NCBI RefSeq assembly: GCF_002571385.2
Contig: NW_019218045.1
Span: forward strand, 216,663 to 276,971
Source of the DNA: Stylophora pistillata
Taxonomy: Eukaryota
Direction: 5' to 3'
Length of the DNA stretch: 60,309 bases
Shown here: piece after piece, positions 22,601-35,834 of the stretch
How the letters are laid out: every line of letters starts with the position of its first letter
Numbering within the stretch: the stretch's first letter is position 1
Notes under the pieces: generated by a model
What the model saw: only the letters and a program-made list of their open reading frames with translations
The model's database searches: none
What the model was told of the DNA's origin: nothing
Made by a program: the position numbers and the translations under genes

Positions 22601-25600
22601 GCTTTAAATTTACCATTTTCTTTAAAATGGTTTTATTTGGCCATAATTTTAGAAAGATTAGATAAGCGCCCTCGTCGATTAAGTACCCCTCCAGCCAACG
22701 GCCGAAGTGTTAGAGAGAAGATTTTGTATAGTGATTGTATATCTGTATTACAGGTATTGGGTCACAAGATCAGCTTTATGATGTCTCTGTCGTTCTTAAT
22801 GAAAAAGGTGGGCAAGTAAAGCTGACGCGCTGCTTGATATCTCATTTGTTAAAAATCAAATGCAAAAATTTGAGAGATGCGCTTCTTTAAACTTGAGTTA
22901 ATCAATCAATTCTATAATCAATCAGAGAATAGTACATAAAAATGGAAAAAGTGTAGTCAGGAGATGTCATGAGTTTTATAGAAATTGGTTGCCTCTGACT
23001 GTTGTTATTTCTGAAACAGACGTTTCGGCTAATGCTTAAGCCTTCATCAGTGATATGAAAAACGAAGATCGTTATCATACGCTATTTAAAGTTAGAGAAT
23101 AGTACATTTTGAATGGAACTGATTTTCTCTCAAGCGTCTGAAAGCAAAAGGCAAAAGGAAGTTCAATAGTGTCGCGCAAGTCGAATAACTTACGTTCGTG
23201 TTCTTAGGATTTTAAAACTTAATACATAAAGGTTTGACTTGACTTTGCTATTTTGTATACATAGAGCACGGAGGAAGTGGTAGGGGACGAAATAGGTGTA
23301 AACGTAGTCGAGCGCTTGTCCCTTCTGATCTCATTTTGGGAGGAGGTCACACAGTGACGATTGACTTTCACCTTTCGTCTGATCTTTTGTCTGACAGATC
23401 TTGTGCGAGCTAGTTGTACTTGTGCTGATCCGGCCAGTAAGCAAGGGAGATGTAAACATGGAGTTGCTTTATTACTTCGGTGCAAGAAAGAGAAAAACGT
23501 AAGTAACTGTGGACTTTGTGAACGTAATGGTGACTGAGACTTTTTGACATTTGGAATTTTTCAAGTAGTTTTTGTGATCGGCAAATTCTAACAACTGAAG
23601 GCGATGCAAATAGTAAATCAGTAAAAATTTATTTTGCAGATTAATGCCACTGACGATCGGTGCCCACCAAGCATTGTAGATGACGTAACGATGAGATCAG
23701 CAAAGGTAGGTACTGGTCAATATTTCGACGCCTCTTTAAAGTAAACGACGAGAAAGTTATCTAAGCTGTGGTTCAATTTTTATCCTTGATTAAAATCATG
23801 TCAACGCCAATAATACGTTTGAAAAAAAGCGTATAATTTTTTTTGTGAAGGGAAGTGATGTGTGATGTGTCTACTGAAAACTCGAAACTAGAAAAGAAAA
23901 ATCACTGCCTTTCTCTCCCAGATAGGGCGTGTTTCCTATGGCAACTTTATTCACGCACAGCCAACATAAAAGTATAGATAATTACGTTAAGCCCTTCTCT
24001 ATCTTGGTTATTTGTTTTTACTACAGTCCGCGTCAACTTGTGAAGATCCAGTGAAAAGGACTAAATCTGAAGATACACTCTCAGCTAAACGTTGCAAAAG
24101 GTACTGAGAAGTCCATCATACTTGTTTTATTTTTATTTTCCTTTTCCTTTTTACTTGCAAGTATATTTATAAGTTTTATGTATTGCAGACTTAAAGAGAA
24201 AAAGAAATTGGAAACCACGATGTATTTTTTAAGCGCAGAAGAACTACTTCAAACAGCACAGGAAATTTTGCATGAGGTAAAAAGCTACTCATAAATTGAT
24301 ATTTACCAAAAGCATAAGTTGTATGATTCTGTATTTTACTAACGGAGGTTTTTGTCATCAGCTGGTCTCGTCGTCTTGTATTTTAGAATAGTCACCTCAA
24401 AAAACCGGAGAAAACTGAGTGCAGCAGACGACAGTCAAGAGAATGCACAAGTGAGCAACGCAATTCTAAACTGAGTTCACATGAAGGGGACCAACCTTAT
24501 CAAGGGATTTCTCGCAGGTGCGTTTATAATTTACAATCAAGAGCAAACAATTGCCCCTACTGTGGCTACAAATTTGCCATTTATATTTTCAATACCTTTC
24601 CGACAGCTTTTTGGGACGAGACCAAACCTACAGTAGTGTGTAGTTGGTGTTTATGTTCAGCAGCTATTAGAACAAACGTTCGGTTTGTCAGTAGCCGGCT
24701 GTGGATACAGTCAAAATGTTTTTCGACTATGCACTAGTTAGGAAAATAGTCGTCAACTCCCGGATCATTCATCTGCTTCATTCATGGCGATGACAACAAG
24801 TAGTCAACAACACTCCAAACTCCAAACTCTAAACCCTCATTAATTTCGATTGCTCTTTACTACAAAAAAAACACAAGTGGTCATCGATTTGTAGCCACTT
24901 TTGTCCAATGGCAAATGTAACGCGATCCTTTCTCTAGTAATAGATGGATCTATAATCCATCAATAATTTTTTCCCGCCTACTATTAGGGTAAACACATCA
25001 CGTGACCGAATATTTGTGCCCCGGCTGAAACTAAGGAATATCCTGTGATATACCCCAAGTAATATTTCCCTATTTCCAATCCCTCTATCCACTACCATAA
25101 AAGACTTCATTTCTGTATATTTTCTCTTGGATTATGTTCCACGTAATTCACAGTTTTCGCAAAACTGTTCACATCGCAGAACAGACAAATATCCAAGTAT
25201 AGTTCGCGCAAAATGGAGGCTATTGTTTATATTTTAATTTAAAGTAGTTCTTTGCACATGTAATTTCCATTTGCGATGTCGTAATTTGGTTAGGTTTACA
25301 GCTTCTTGGTGTTCTCGACATTTTGTATCCCTTTTCTTCACAGAGAAAACCTTAATTCTTCCGTAAGCAGTGATAGTTTCATCAATAAAACTACTTTGAA
25401 GGAAAGATACGAGGACGTTCAGTCTGGCTGTGCAGATAATGGGCTTAAAAAAAAGATAATTCCTGAATCAGTTATTATGGGCACGTTGGAATCGCAGTCA
25501 AAGGAAACTAGTTCAGATGTTACTGAACCACCAATACGAACCAAGGCCTGTGGTCTTAAAAAGGGAAAAGCTCAGAACGCCAGTACCCATAGGAAGAAGG

Positions 25601-25641
25601 AATCACAAACGAGAACGTCTATATTAGATGAGTTTATTTAA
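18865..25641 (+). CDS. SWIM-type zinc-finger protein with disordered flanks and CYREN/MRI-like C-terminal motifs
   Basis: Well-supported in-phase exons ~21175-21260, ~21543-21751, 22032-22199, 22754-22807, 23398-23498, 23640-23705, 24027-24100, 24189-24276, 24387-24517, 25344-25641. They give HFRRGKG...FSAKCIGSQDQLYDVSVVLNEKDLVRASCTCADPASKQGRCKHGVALLL (SWIM CxC-x8-CxH). The 5' exons (ATG 18865, ~19204-19413, ~20282-20370, ~21080-21113) are tentative. Confidence 0.75.
20096..20220. repeat. Compound tandem repeat: 15-bp (ccgcgttttactagt) x~6 then (ccagt) x~7
   Basis: Directly visible. It produces the spurious repetitive ORFs 20020-20256 and 20068-20355. Confidence 0.9.
20564..21009. mobile_element. 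Inverted pair of tRNA-Thr-derived SINE-like units
   Basis: tRNA-like cloverleaf at 20817-20889 (+) and its reverse complement at 20586-20658 (-); anticodon AGT, broken T-stem. Second inverted repeat 20712-20765 vs 20957-21009. A further partial copy at 19968-20082. Confidence 0.75.
22938..23093 (-). mobile_element. 156-bp insertion with 14-bp TSD carrying a hammerhead ribozyme (Penelope pLTR / retrozyme-like)
   Basis: TSD agagaatagtacat at 22924-22937 and 23094-23107. Hammerhead motif inside. Confidence 0.7.
23017..23052 (-). ncRNA. Minimal type I hammerhead ribozyme
   Basis: Minus strand ca-CUGAUGA-aggcu-uaagcauu-agcc-GAAAC-GUC-ug: intact core, stem II GGCU/AGCC, palindromic stem III. Confidence 0.7.
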
Positions 25642-26088
25642 GAAATGATTAACTTATACTGAATTTTAACTCACTCATCACTTAAAGGAGGACAAAGTGA
25701 AACGTCTTTTGTCGAGTTTGCTTAAGTTTAATTCTTTGTTAAGTCGATGCTTACAGAAATTATTCCCTGGTAAGCTTTTACCTAAACTAAACGAGATCAA
25801 AATATTACAAAATTGTGATGTAAAGAGCGACGACAAGCATTCTTGAACAGGAAATCTCTTGCTTCCCCAAAAGAATTGATCTTCAAGCATAACAAACTGA
25901 ACTTAGCAGAATAAAGCTGGACAGGTAGAATCCTGTGCCAGTTATTCTCCTATACTTCGAATTAACTTTGGTAACAGAAGGTACGAGTGGTACCCATGTT
26001 TTACTTTTTGTATTTAGAGGAAAATTGAAGTCGTGGTTTAGTATGAAACATTAAAAGACAAAATGCCAATTTCTTTGCGAAACTAATC

Positions 26089-29000
26089 TCAGTTATTTGG
26101 TTTTGAAATTTCTTCTTTTATTGTCGCATACACATCCTGTGCCGGCCCCGGCCTTTGCACATTGTCTCTGATGCGATGAATGTCATTTCCCACGGGTCTG
26201 TACAATGCAACAACTATGACGTACTTGCCGCTGGGGCTTGGTGCTGCGCCCATTCCCAACTGGCTCGTATCTCCCCAAATCATTTGCGTGAAGTGCTTTA
26301 CTTTGTCGTTCAGCTGTGGATATGAAAAACTGAAAGCTTTTTTCTCACTGTACCATATGGTTGTCGCCTTTAGTGGCGCTCTTGGTAAGTCGTGCCATAT
26401 TTGAGCGATGTTCTCACCGAGAGGCTCCCCTTGGAAGGTGGAAGGATCGCTGGCCACAGATTCTGCTGTCTGCTGTGCTTGCTCTGCTAGGGTTACGTTC
26501 CACTGAAGTGGATTCACGTGATGCATTGCTCTGAGTTTGTTGTGTGCTGCAAGAGCCTCTTGAAATACCGCATCTGATCAAATGAGTAAAGGTTTTTACT
26601 TTGGAAATGTGCGACAAATACAAACGTTTGTCAAAGGAAGTGATTTACTTCTTAATTGTGTCAAGATCAAAATGCTCGAATATGAGTGGTTCTTAACAGC
26701 ACTTAGTTGTGGCTAAATTGGCTTTTTCAGGTCAAAACTGCTCGATTTCATCTGTCCGATTATAAACACTTGTAATCGGACAGGCCAAATCAGACGGTCG
26801 GGCCGTCATTAAAATTGTGCACTTAAAGCCACCAGCCAATAAAATTCAACTACCTAACCAATTCTAACCGATAAAAATGAGGGAAAACTTCCGAAGTGAG
26901 TACTGGAAATTTCGAAATATTTAGACGTGATAATCTTGAACTGTAGCTTAATATGTATCAATTAGAAGTCAATGTGCTGTTGCATTCAGTTTTTCCTCAC
27001 TGAGTTTTTCGCATTTTGTTATTGACACAATCAATTGCTAATCGGACTTCTCGTCCTACAATTCAAGAGTAATTTTACTCGTAATTCGAAATCACTTGCT
27101 CGATTATTTCCTGGATTGCACTCTTCTTACTCCTACAGTACAAGCCATACTAATACTTCAGACAGGGAAATAGTCTCTTCATGTATGTACCTGGTCCTTA
27201 CAGTGGAGGAGATCATAACCTTCATTAAACCATTCACCTTTTTACAATTACGATCTCCGATAACTTCCTGCCACTGCAATTTGTCACTTAGTACTTACTA
27301 TTCCTATTCCCCGTTCTGTTAGCGGCTGATGTTGCACCGGTTGATTTTGCACCGGTTGATGTTGCACCGGTTGCTATTGCACCGGCTGATGTTGCATCGG
27401 CTGATGTTGCACCGGTTGATGTTGCACCGGTTGCTGTTGTGGCGGCAGGGCTTTTACTGGTGACAGAAGCAATCTTTTCGGCAGTGGCGTCCGTTTTGCG
27501 GATAATTCCAATTCCAGTACTGCTCTTTGTCTTAATTCCGTTTTTAACGGTGGCCATGCTCTCATTTCGAGGGAGCGGAATGGTCCTGTTGTTAACATGT
27601 TTCTTCTGCTGAACGACGTTTTCCTCGGCAATGTAGATCTCGAGGGTTTTACGTGAAGCGGCTTAAGATTGGTATCATGCACATGCAAAGTAAATAAGTT
27701 TTTAAGGAACAACTAATTACTTTTTCAGCAAAATTTGGCAGTAACGCCGCAATTTGATCTGCCGTTGTCGATAAGAGTACAGACAATGCTGCTCTCGTCA
27801 ACGTTTCACGTAACGCACTGAAAGAGTCGTTTTATTTGATGTCGATGTATTGTGGTTGAAAAACGAATCGCCTGCGCCTCAAAGAGTCCATAACATTTTA
27901 ACGTGATGATGCATGTAGTTGTCGATAAGATTAGAGACCACGTTAAACCACTGTCGATTTGTTAAATCTAACACCGCTGTCAAACGAGAGCAACGAAAAT
28001 CTATGCATTTGATGAAAATTTTGTGCCCGTCAGGAAGATCATCTGTGCAGGAAAAGGAGTTTAGATTGAGCAATTTTTACAGACTCACCTTCTGCAATTG
28101 ACTCATCTTCAGACTCGGCCATTAAGCCTTTATTCTTCATCTTGTTTAATTCCTTACCTAACATTTGACCACCTAGAACATATAGAAAAGGTTTTGAAAA
28201 CTTTGAAAACCCAAACGGATTCGCAGCTGGCTTGCCCTGAGAAAAGTAAAGTCGCGAGGAATGAAATTTACTGTTGTTAATAAAATGAGAAAATTATGTC
28301 TAGTCAAACCTGTCTTAAGAAGGGACCCAGGACCCCTTAAATGTTCCCTCAATTTCTAATTTCTAATAGCCAGTGTCCAGGGCCTACTTATTCCAAAACT
28401 TTCCAGTCTTGAAATTTTCGTTATAAATTTCCAAGAAATTCCAGGTTTTCCAGTACTCGGATGCACTCTGCATCACTGCGGAGTTCAGAGTTCTTTCGGT
28501 CTAAGAGGTACCTCGTCATATTTTACCTTGTCGTCTTCTATCTTGAATGTCAAACTTTTCGTCGTCTTGAGATTTGTACGGGCGCACAGCATCCAGCACC
28601 TCTTCTTTGTTTCTCTCTCTGCCTGCAACTTCACTTAACACATCTGTTGCAGGAGACGAATCGCTGACTTCTTCCTCGTATTCTCGTGTTTCGTCTGTGC
28701 CATTTGTAAAGATGAGATATCATATATACAAGCAGTACTAATCACAGTTTCAGCGGATTTTCCCGGTCTAGTTATTGCCGGATTAACTAACGTTTGACAA
28801 AACTCCCGTTCATAGTTAGTAAACCCAATTATTGTGGGTTCTAGGGTTTCTTGATGTTATTGCGAGACACTATGCTGAGGGCTACGCCTAGCTTTGTTTC
28901 AAGAAAGGGTCTCCGTAAGAGCGGTCTACTCAGGTTTCATTGAAGTCTCCCCATTGGCTTGTTTGAAACCTGGTGTTCGAAAAAAGCGGCTCCATGGACT

Positions 29001-30218
29001 AGTTAGAAATTACACTTAGGGAAGAGGTGAATAGTCTCTGAAAGTTGTCACAGTCAAATTTAAGTCTTTGAAAATCGTCATAACAATCGTTCGCTCGAAT
29101 ACACCTAGACATCCGTTTAACTCGAGAAAATAAAGAGATCAATCAAGCGGATGGTGGTTTTTTAGTATATGTCTTGCGACACCTAGTCTGTGACTCGAAA
29201 TCAACCCTGTCTCAAAGCCTGCCGTCCATGCATGTTTTCGTGCTATCGATTGGGTTATTCTGTCCTCTTCATGGTACCATCGCAGAGGCAAGAAGCAGGT
29301 TTAAGCCCCAGTACCATAAAGGAAGTCACGGGCTGCTCAAGAAGAGTAAACCTGACACGAATCATGGACAAATCTGATACAGAACAACGATATATTAGAT
29401 GGGTAATGAAATAACTTTATGGTCACATGGTAACTACTGTAACTGTAGATTAACCTATACCTTCTACAAGTGGTCGCTGAACTTCGAGCCTTCTATCACT
29501 CCGTCCAGTCAACTGACTCGAAGATTGAGGCTTTTGGTCTGAAACAACTCCTTTATGCATTAGAGTATCCGAACTCTTCTTTGTTGCGTTTGCTATCAAA
29601 GCTTGGTTTGTCTTTGTAGTTTTGGAGCCAACCTCTGCGTAAAGGGACAACAGGAGATTACTCGCTTGGCCAGTGCTCAACAAATTGCCGATCCCAATCC
29701 GAAATTTCTTGTATGCAACTGGAATTTTTCCTTTTATTAAGCGCTCACTCACAACAGAGTTCGTACCAGCCAGGCATCGAAAGCAAATTCCTTGGCTTAC
29801 ATGTTCATTTGTTGATTTTTAAAATGGGATATGTCAGATTGCTCAAATCGATTGAAAAGCCGTGTCAGTTTCCTTTGGTAACGATTTGGACACGAAGAGG
29901 CAGATAATAAGAAGCGATAACCATAGCTTTAAGGAATTTCAACGGTAACACAGATATCTGAAGTTTGAGTTCCCTAAACAGGAACTCTCGCGTTGAGAGA
30001 GTTTAACATGTCTGTCAACATTTTCATGTGATCTTTTCACAAGAGGAAATGGATTCATTGTGGAAATTTGTCACGTGTACTTATGTCGATCTTTTTTATA
30101 CATCATTTCCTAACTCACTGCAAGGATTCTGGTAAAATCCCTCACCTTTTGCTTGCACCAGGAATGGTATAAGCAACAAGAGATTAAGTCCTTTTAAACA
30201 AAGTAGCCTCACTTCCAT
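26089..30218 (-). CDS. Secreted CAP (GAPR-1/GLIPR2-like) protein, paralog A, with Thr/Ala/Gly/Ser repeat linker
   Basis: Exons 30146-30218 (MEVRLLCLKGLNLLLLIPFLVQAK signal), 29461-~29790, 28527-28694, 27299-27661, 26089-26573 (ALAAHNKLRAMH...GENIA...WYSE...HFTQMIW...VVALYRPVGN). All introns phase 1. Confidence 0.85.
27322..27440 (-). repeat. 15-bp coding minisatellite encoding (ATSTG/ATSAG)n
   Basis: About 7 copies of gatgttgcaccggtt on the + strand, inside exon 27299-27661. Confidence 0.9.
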
Positions 30219-31553
30219 CTCTTTACCCTCCCAGCCGAGATACCTGAGAAGTTTAAACAGATTTGTTGTAGGAAAGCGTATTACAATTATTTTCTTGTCT
30301 ACCTTGGTGAAACGATCTATGTTCTGACTAAAACGTTGTAATCACCCTGTTTGGCCAAGGACGAATGCTAGTTATCCTTGTGGTGGTGGATACATTAACT
30401 CTCTGTAAGTAACTGTTTACTCTGAATGAATAAATCTTTCTGATTATGATTTACGTTTCATTTCGTGTACGTGCTTGTATATGAAAAATACGCTTAATAA
30501 TTACCCTAATCTTCAAACTCATGGTAGTTCCTTTCTGTCCCTGGTTAATTGTTCATTGCTGACCGATTAAAATTACATCATCTTACCTTCTCGTCGTCAC
30601 TAAAAAAACGTATGTTAAATGGCATTAGAGCAAGTTGTAAGCCAGTAGGGAATCGATTAAGTGACCTTTTGGTTTGGTGTTAATAGCAAGACGACCAACG
30701 ACAGGTTGTAATTCACAGATGAACGATCATTGAAGTTATTTTCTCAGAGAGAGAGTAGAAGTTACTCATCAAACAACTGTTTACTCGGTAAAATACCTGA
30801 ATCTTTAAGCAAGCTGATATTTCTTTTTCGAAAAATAAATCTAAATGTTTCCCTCAAACTGTCGACGTCGTTTTGCTAACAAAGCTCTGCAAATTCTTTT
30901 AGCCCAAACAACTCTGGGGCTTCACTTTCGAATGAAATTGTTTCAGGGATTGTCAAAGAAGGCCCATTACATTATTTTTGTACCACCCAGGTTTTAGATT
31001 AGGACATATCGCCCCGCCTTCCACATTGTAAAGCAGGTGACCAATGCATGTCTTTTCCATAGTTTTTCAGACAATATCATCTCGATAATTTTTAGTTTTC
31101 CATTTTCTTCATACACTATGCGCTCCATTTCACTTGACTTGAAAAGCATTTTAAGACATTTTCGCCCTCTGTTAAATTCGAAATCAGCGTTTTGAAAGTT
31201 ATTAGTCGACAAAGATCAAGTAAGGTATGTTGTGGTCATACGTATCCTTAAAATGCATAAATTTCTTTATTTTCAAAGCACGCAAGTCACTTCTAACACA
31301 CTCTATGTAACAAAGACATCTCACGGACTTCAAGTGTGTGGATAACTCATTCACGAATCTTACTAATTCTTGGTACGCAAAAAGTTTCCTCAAGATTTCC
31401 CGAAACAGAGTGCTTGTCGCGCTATCCAGCCAAGTTGGTAACATTTACCCACTTTCTTTCTTTGTCTTTTCCCCTTTTATATTCAAAAGTTTTCCTAACA
31501 AACGCCGGTCGAAAGCTGGAGCGTTCCACACGGCACACAGCTGAACTTTAACT

Positions 31554-34500
31554 TTATCGAATCGTCGAGTACAAATCGTGCCTAAGACCAGGAGGAAGAA
31601 TATTTTGCTGTAAGTGTCCCTCACTGGAAACAGGTGGATCATAAAGGGCAACTACAAAAGCATATTCTCCGCTGCCACTTCTTCTAATAGCAAGTCCCAT
31701 CTCTTTCGTTCCTTTCCATGTTATTTGCGCAAAATGTCGCGTTTTGCTATTTATCTTTGGATACGAAAAACTGTACGACCCTATTTCCTTGTACCATTTT
31801 TCTATCGCCTTCGTTATTGTACTCTCCCCAGTGTAGACTATTTGAGCGACACTCTCCCCTTGTTGCTCCTGGAGATCATCCAGAGTAAGGAAATCTTTGC
31901 CTGCGAGAGACTGAGCAATTTTTCGAGCCTTCCTTGCTAGGGAAGCTGACCAGGATAATGGAGGAGAAAAATGTTTGGCTCTGAGTCTATTATGTTCCTT
32001 CAAGGCTTCCCTCTCAACCTCATCTAGGAATCATAAAATTAATGATATTGGAAATAATAAGAATTGTAAATCTGAATTCGCTAGAAGAAGACTTGTAGCC
32101 GTACATAATTCTTATCACCGCGTACCTGCACAGATATCCTCATGACATCTTTTCGATTGAAACAAATCTTTTGGAGGACATGTATTCACGAGACACACAC
32201 GGGCTCTAACGATCACTCCTTTACCACAAGTTACTGAACACGAGGACCATTCATTCCATTCACCAAATGTAGCATCTAAAGGGAACGAAAGTACATTAAT
32301 TTCCTAATCCTGTGTAAAATGTTAGATGCAGGTTGAAAGGGTTAACTATAGTGGAATCACATTACATACACACTGTGCAGTAATACTGCGCTACACCCCA
32401 TATCACAGAATTTTGAGTTAAACGTTCACCTCATTACTTCCTACCTGCAATTTCTTATATCGAATACAGTGATATGTATTTCATTGTGTTTAATGTTAAT
32501 GTTTGGAACCTACCTTTGGTATCTGCATAGCCTCCATCATTTTCATCTTCAGGCGTTGGATGAAGTGGATAATAGTAAAGACTTTTCAGTGAAACATTAG
32601 TTGGCCTCGAAGATCTTGTAGGAAACGACAGAGAAGATGTCGTTCCCCGCAAAAAGGATATAATATGTTCGATATTTGTTAGGTCCGCTGTTGAGTAGCT
32701 CCAAGGCGGTGAAGGACGATAATTCTCCTCATTTCTTCGGAATCCAGTTGAAGTTGGCTTGTTATTTTTCCTATGTGAACGCATTCGCCTGTTATGATGC
32801 GGAAATGTTTTTCTATGGTCAAGTTTTGGTATCTTCAGAGTAGCTCTGATTCGTGCGTGAGGACTTTCCTCTACTTCTCTTAAGAGATCGTTTACTTTTT
32901 GAACGATTTGCAATTGCTCATCGCTAGATTTTGATTTAACTTTCTCTTTTTGGCTCTGAGATTCGTTATGAGATTGCTCAGTTTTTGACCCTTTTTTAAT
33001 TTCACCTATGACTTCAGGGCCTGAAAGTGGAACTAATTGTTCATCTGAATCTGAAAGTTGAAAACCTTTGATTTCGCTTTTGGCGGGTATCCAAAGAATC
33101 TTAGCACTCTTGCCAATTTTATCTACTTCAAGATTCAAGGTTTTCGAATGGTTATCGTTGCCGTTGCTGGAAATAGCTGTAGTATGATGTGAGAGTGTGT
33201 TGTTGGCAGGCATTTTGTTTTCCTTATAAGTAGCAAGTTGTATGTGTTGGCCTTCATTTATAATCTTCTCATCTTTACTTTCGCTCAAATGATTCCCCTC
33301 TCCACTAGCTATGCCGTGAAGTGTTTGTATCCTACTATCATTTCTATTGCTATGTGCCACTTCTTCCTCTGCTCCTTGCACCTTGCTATCGCCATTTACG
33401 TTATCAATGTTTATATCTTCAACTTGTTGATCACTGTTCATACTTTTAGCTTTAGCGTTTTCCCTACTTTTTTCATTCATTTCATCTTCCATTTCACTAT
33501 GTGGACTATCGTCTGTGTTGTCAGATAAAGAACCACTAGCGTCAGAGTCCTCCTCATTATCCGTGTCTTCCAGCTTTTCGGCGTCGATTTTATCACCTGC
33601 ATGTGAGCTTTCCTCACTGTTCCATTCATGATTGTTTCCAAGAGCATCTTCGTCCTGGAAACGATCAGAGTTACCGTCCTTTTCCGAGGAAGTATCGTCC
33701 TCATCGTCCGACTTATCGTCTGCTGTTTCGTTGTGTACGGTGCCAATGGTATTTTTAAACTCATCGCCGTAGGAATCAAAGTTATCCAGATAATCAGAAT
33801 TTTCATAGTAATCTCCTTTGTTATAGTTTTCTATTTCACGGAAAAGTTTTGTGTCTTGGTTTTTTATTCGTTCTTGGAGACTCTTTCTGGAAGATGCTTC
33901 GCTATTGCTGTCGAATTCGTCAAAAGTTCTACCAGTGGTACCGTCACTCACATCGTCAACATTTTCATTCCAAGATTTGTAACCGTGATCCGAGTTTTCA
34001 TGTTCAGAGTAATCGGACTGTGGGAAATCATTGTAATTGTCTGTTGATTTTGTTGCCTTACCACGATGTGCGCCAGTTTCAGCGTCGATCTTACTCAATA
34101 AGAAGTCTGTATCATCTCCCATTTGGTCATAATCCTGAAGAGACTGCGAGTTACTAGGAAGCTTAATTGTACCCTTGTGTCTTTCCTTCCCCTTTTTTCT
34201 TTGAAGAGCATTTGTTCGATGTTGATCTTCTATATCGGTTAAGTCCATATTTGAATCGAAATTGTCTGTATCTTCTAATGCATCGCTATCTTCAAAAGAT
34301 TTTACGTTGTAGTCGTTAGGATCCTTCATAAGCCAATCAACTGCTTCTTGGTTCCCTTCAAAGTCTGCTTTGGTTTCCAAGTTATACTCCGGCATGTCTC
34401 GTAAATTGTATCCCTCATCGTTATCCCCAGTATGGGAAACAGACATTTGGTCCACCCTTTTGTGGTGCTTCTTTCCTCTGTGCGACCCTTCGTCTGTTTC

Positions 34501-35513
34501 AATAGTAACGTCTAGTGGACGGAAGTCTTCAATTCCGTTTTCTTGAAGCATCACTAAAGATGAAGACAGATGTCAAAAGGCACCTTTGGTATGGAAATAC
34601 TATTGCATGGAGAAAGGCATATCGGCTTACAGTTCAAGTTGACCTTGATGCTGTAAGCACCAATGTACAGGGTTTTGCTTCACTGTACTTGATTTCTTTC
34701 TGTGTTTGATGAGCCCTACATGAACCCCCTTTCTAACATATCCGTAGGTCTAAGCCTATGATTACCATTACTTACTTCCCTCATCTTTACTCTCCTCAAG
34801 CAGTTTTGGTTGCACAAATGCGTGTAAGTTGTCAAGGTCATGCGGAGCTACGCGACTGTCGAGCATCACCAAATCTGCATGCAACACACACAAGATTTTT
34901 AACCATTTAAACATTTACGGCGTTCAAAATGTTTTTCTCTATTTATGCTATCAAATTAGAATCAACTGTGTATGATTAGCGTTGTAACTTTTTCTATTTG
35001 TCCTTACCTTGCAATGTTTTCCCTCTGTGAATTACTTCCACCTTGTTTCTACCGAATCTTATACCTGAAAAAGTAATTTCTTCGTGTTGAAAGCAGCAGT
35101 TGGTTTTAAGCAATTATTTGATGAGGTTGAGCATGATCTTATGAATGATCAAAACCGAGGTCTGAGTTATACGCTGAAGTCGAAGTTGAGGGTGATAACA
35201 CAGGCGCGAGGTTTATGATATCATGCGAAAATGGATTCAGTAATGTTTTATACTACATCTTTTTTAAACAATCTGCAAAGAAGATACTTCTTTCTGAGTT
35301 TCAGAGGACTACACGGACAAGGGGCTTGGAAACAAGAAAGAATTTGAACTCGACATGATAACTGCAATATCCGCTGCAGATATTGGGTCATCATGTCAAC
35401 TTCAAACAACCTCCTTAATCGACCGATCGGAGTTTTTATAGTAAGTCTAATGTATGATAATTAACAATTATTCCTATTGGCTATAATCATCTCATATCCA
35501 ACAAGCGCGAGTA

Positions 35514-35545
<32 letters not shown>

Positions 35546-35616
35546 AATTATTTTTTAAGAAGAGACCAGATTTTTTAGCTCCCTTTTGATTTTAAGCTGA
35601 CGCGTACGCTTACCAC

Positions 35617-35658
<42 letters not shown>

Positions 35659-35661
35659 GAA

Positions 35662-35710
<49 letters not shown>

Positions 35711-35834
35711 TTCCAATTATCGTGATTAAATTCTAGTGAAAAGCGAAATTGACTTCAAAATGTGACTTACCCAGGATACAGTTCTGCCCAATAGCAGTTA
35801 ATATCAAAATCGTTAAAATTGTTCTGCGACCCAT
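31554..35834 (-). CDS. Secreted CAP protein, paralog B, with large Asp/Glu-rich region
   Basis: Exons 35771-35834 (MGRRTILTILILTAIGQNCILG signal), 35008-35064, 32514-34553 (680 codons, D/E/N/S-rich), 31554-32023 (ALKEHNRLRAKH...WYKE...HFAQITW...VVALYDPP). All phase 1. Confidence 0.85.

Noticed and set aside
33238-34157. Plus-strand hydrophobic ORFs (33238-33528, 33628-34047, 33849-34157)
   Set aside because: Antisense shadows of the GAT/GAA-rich acidic exon of CAP paralog B.
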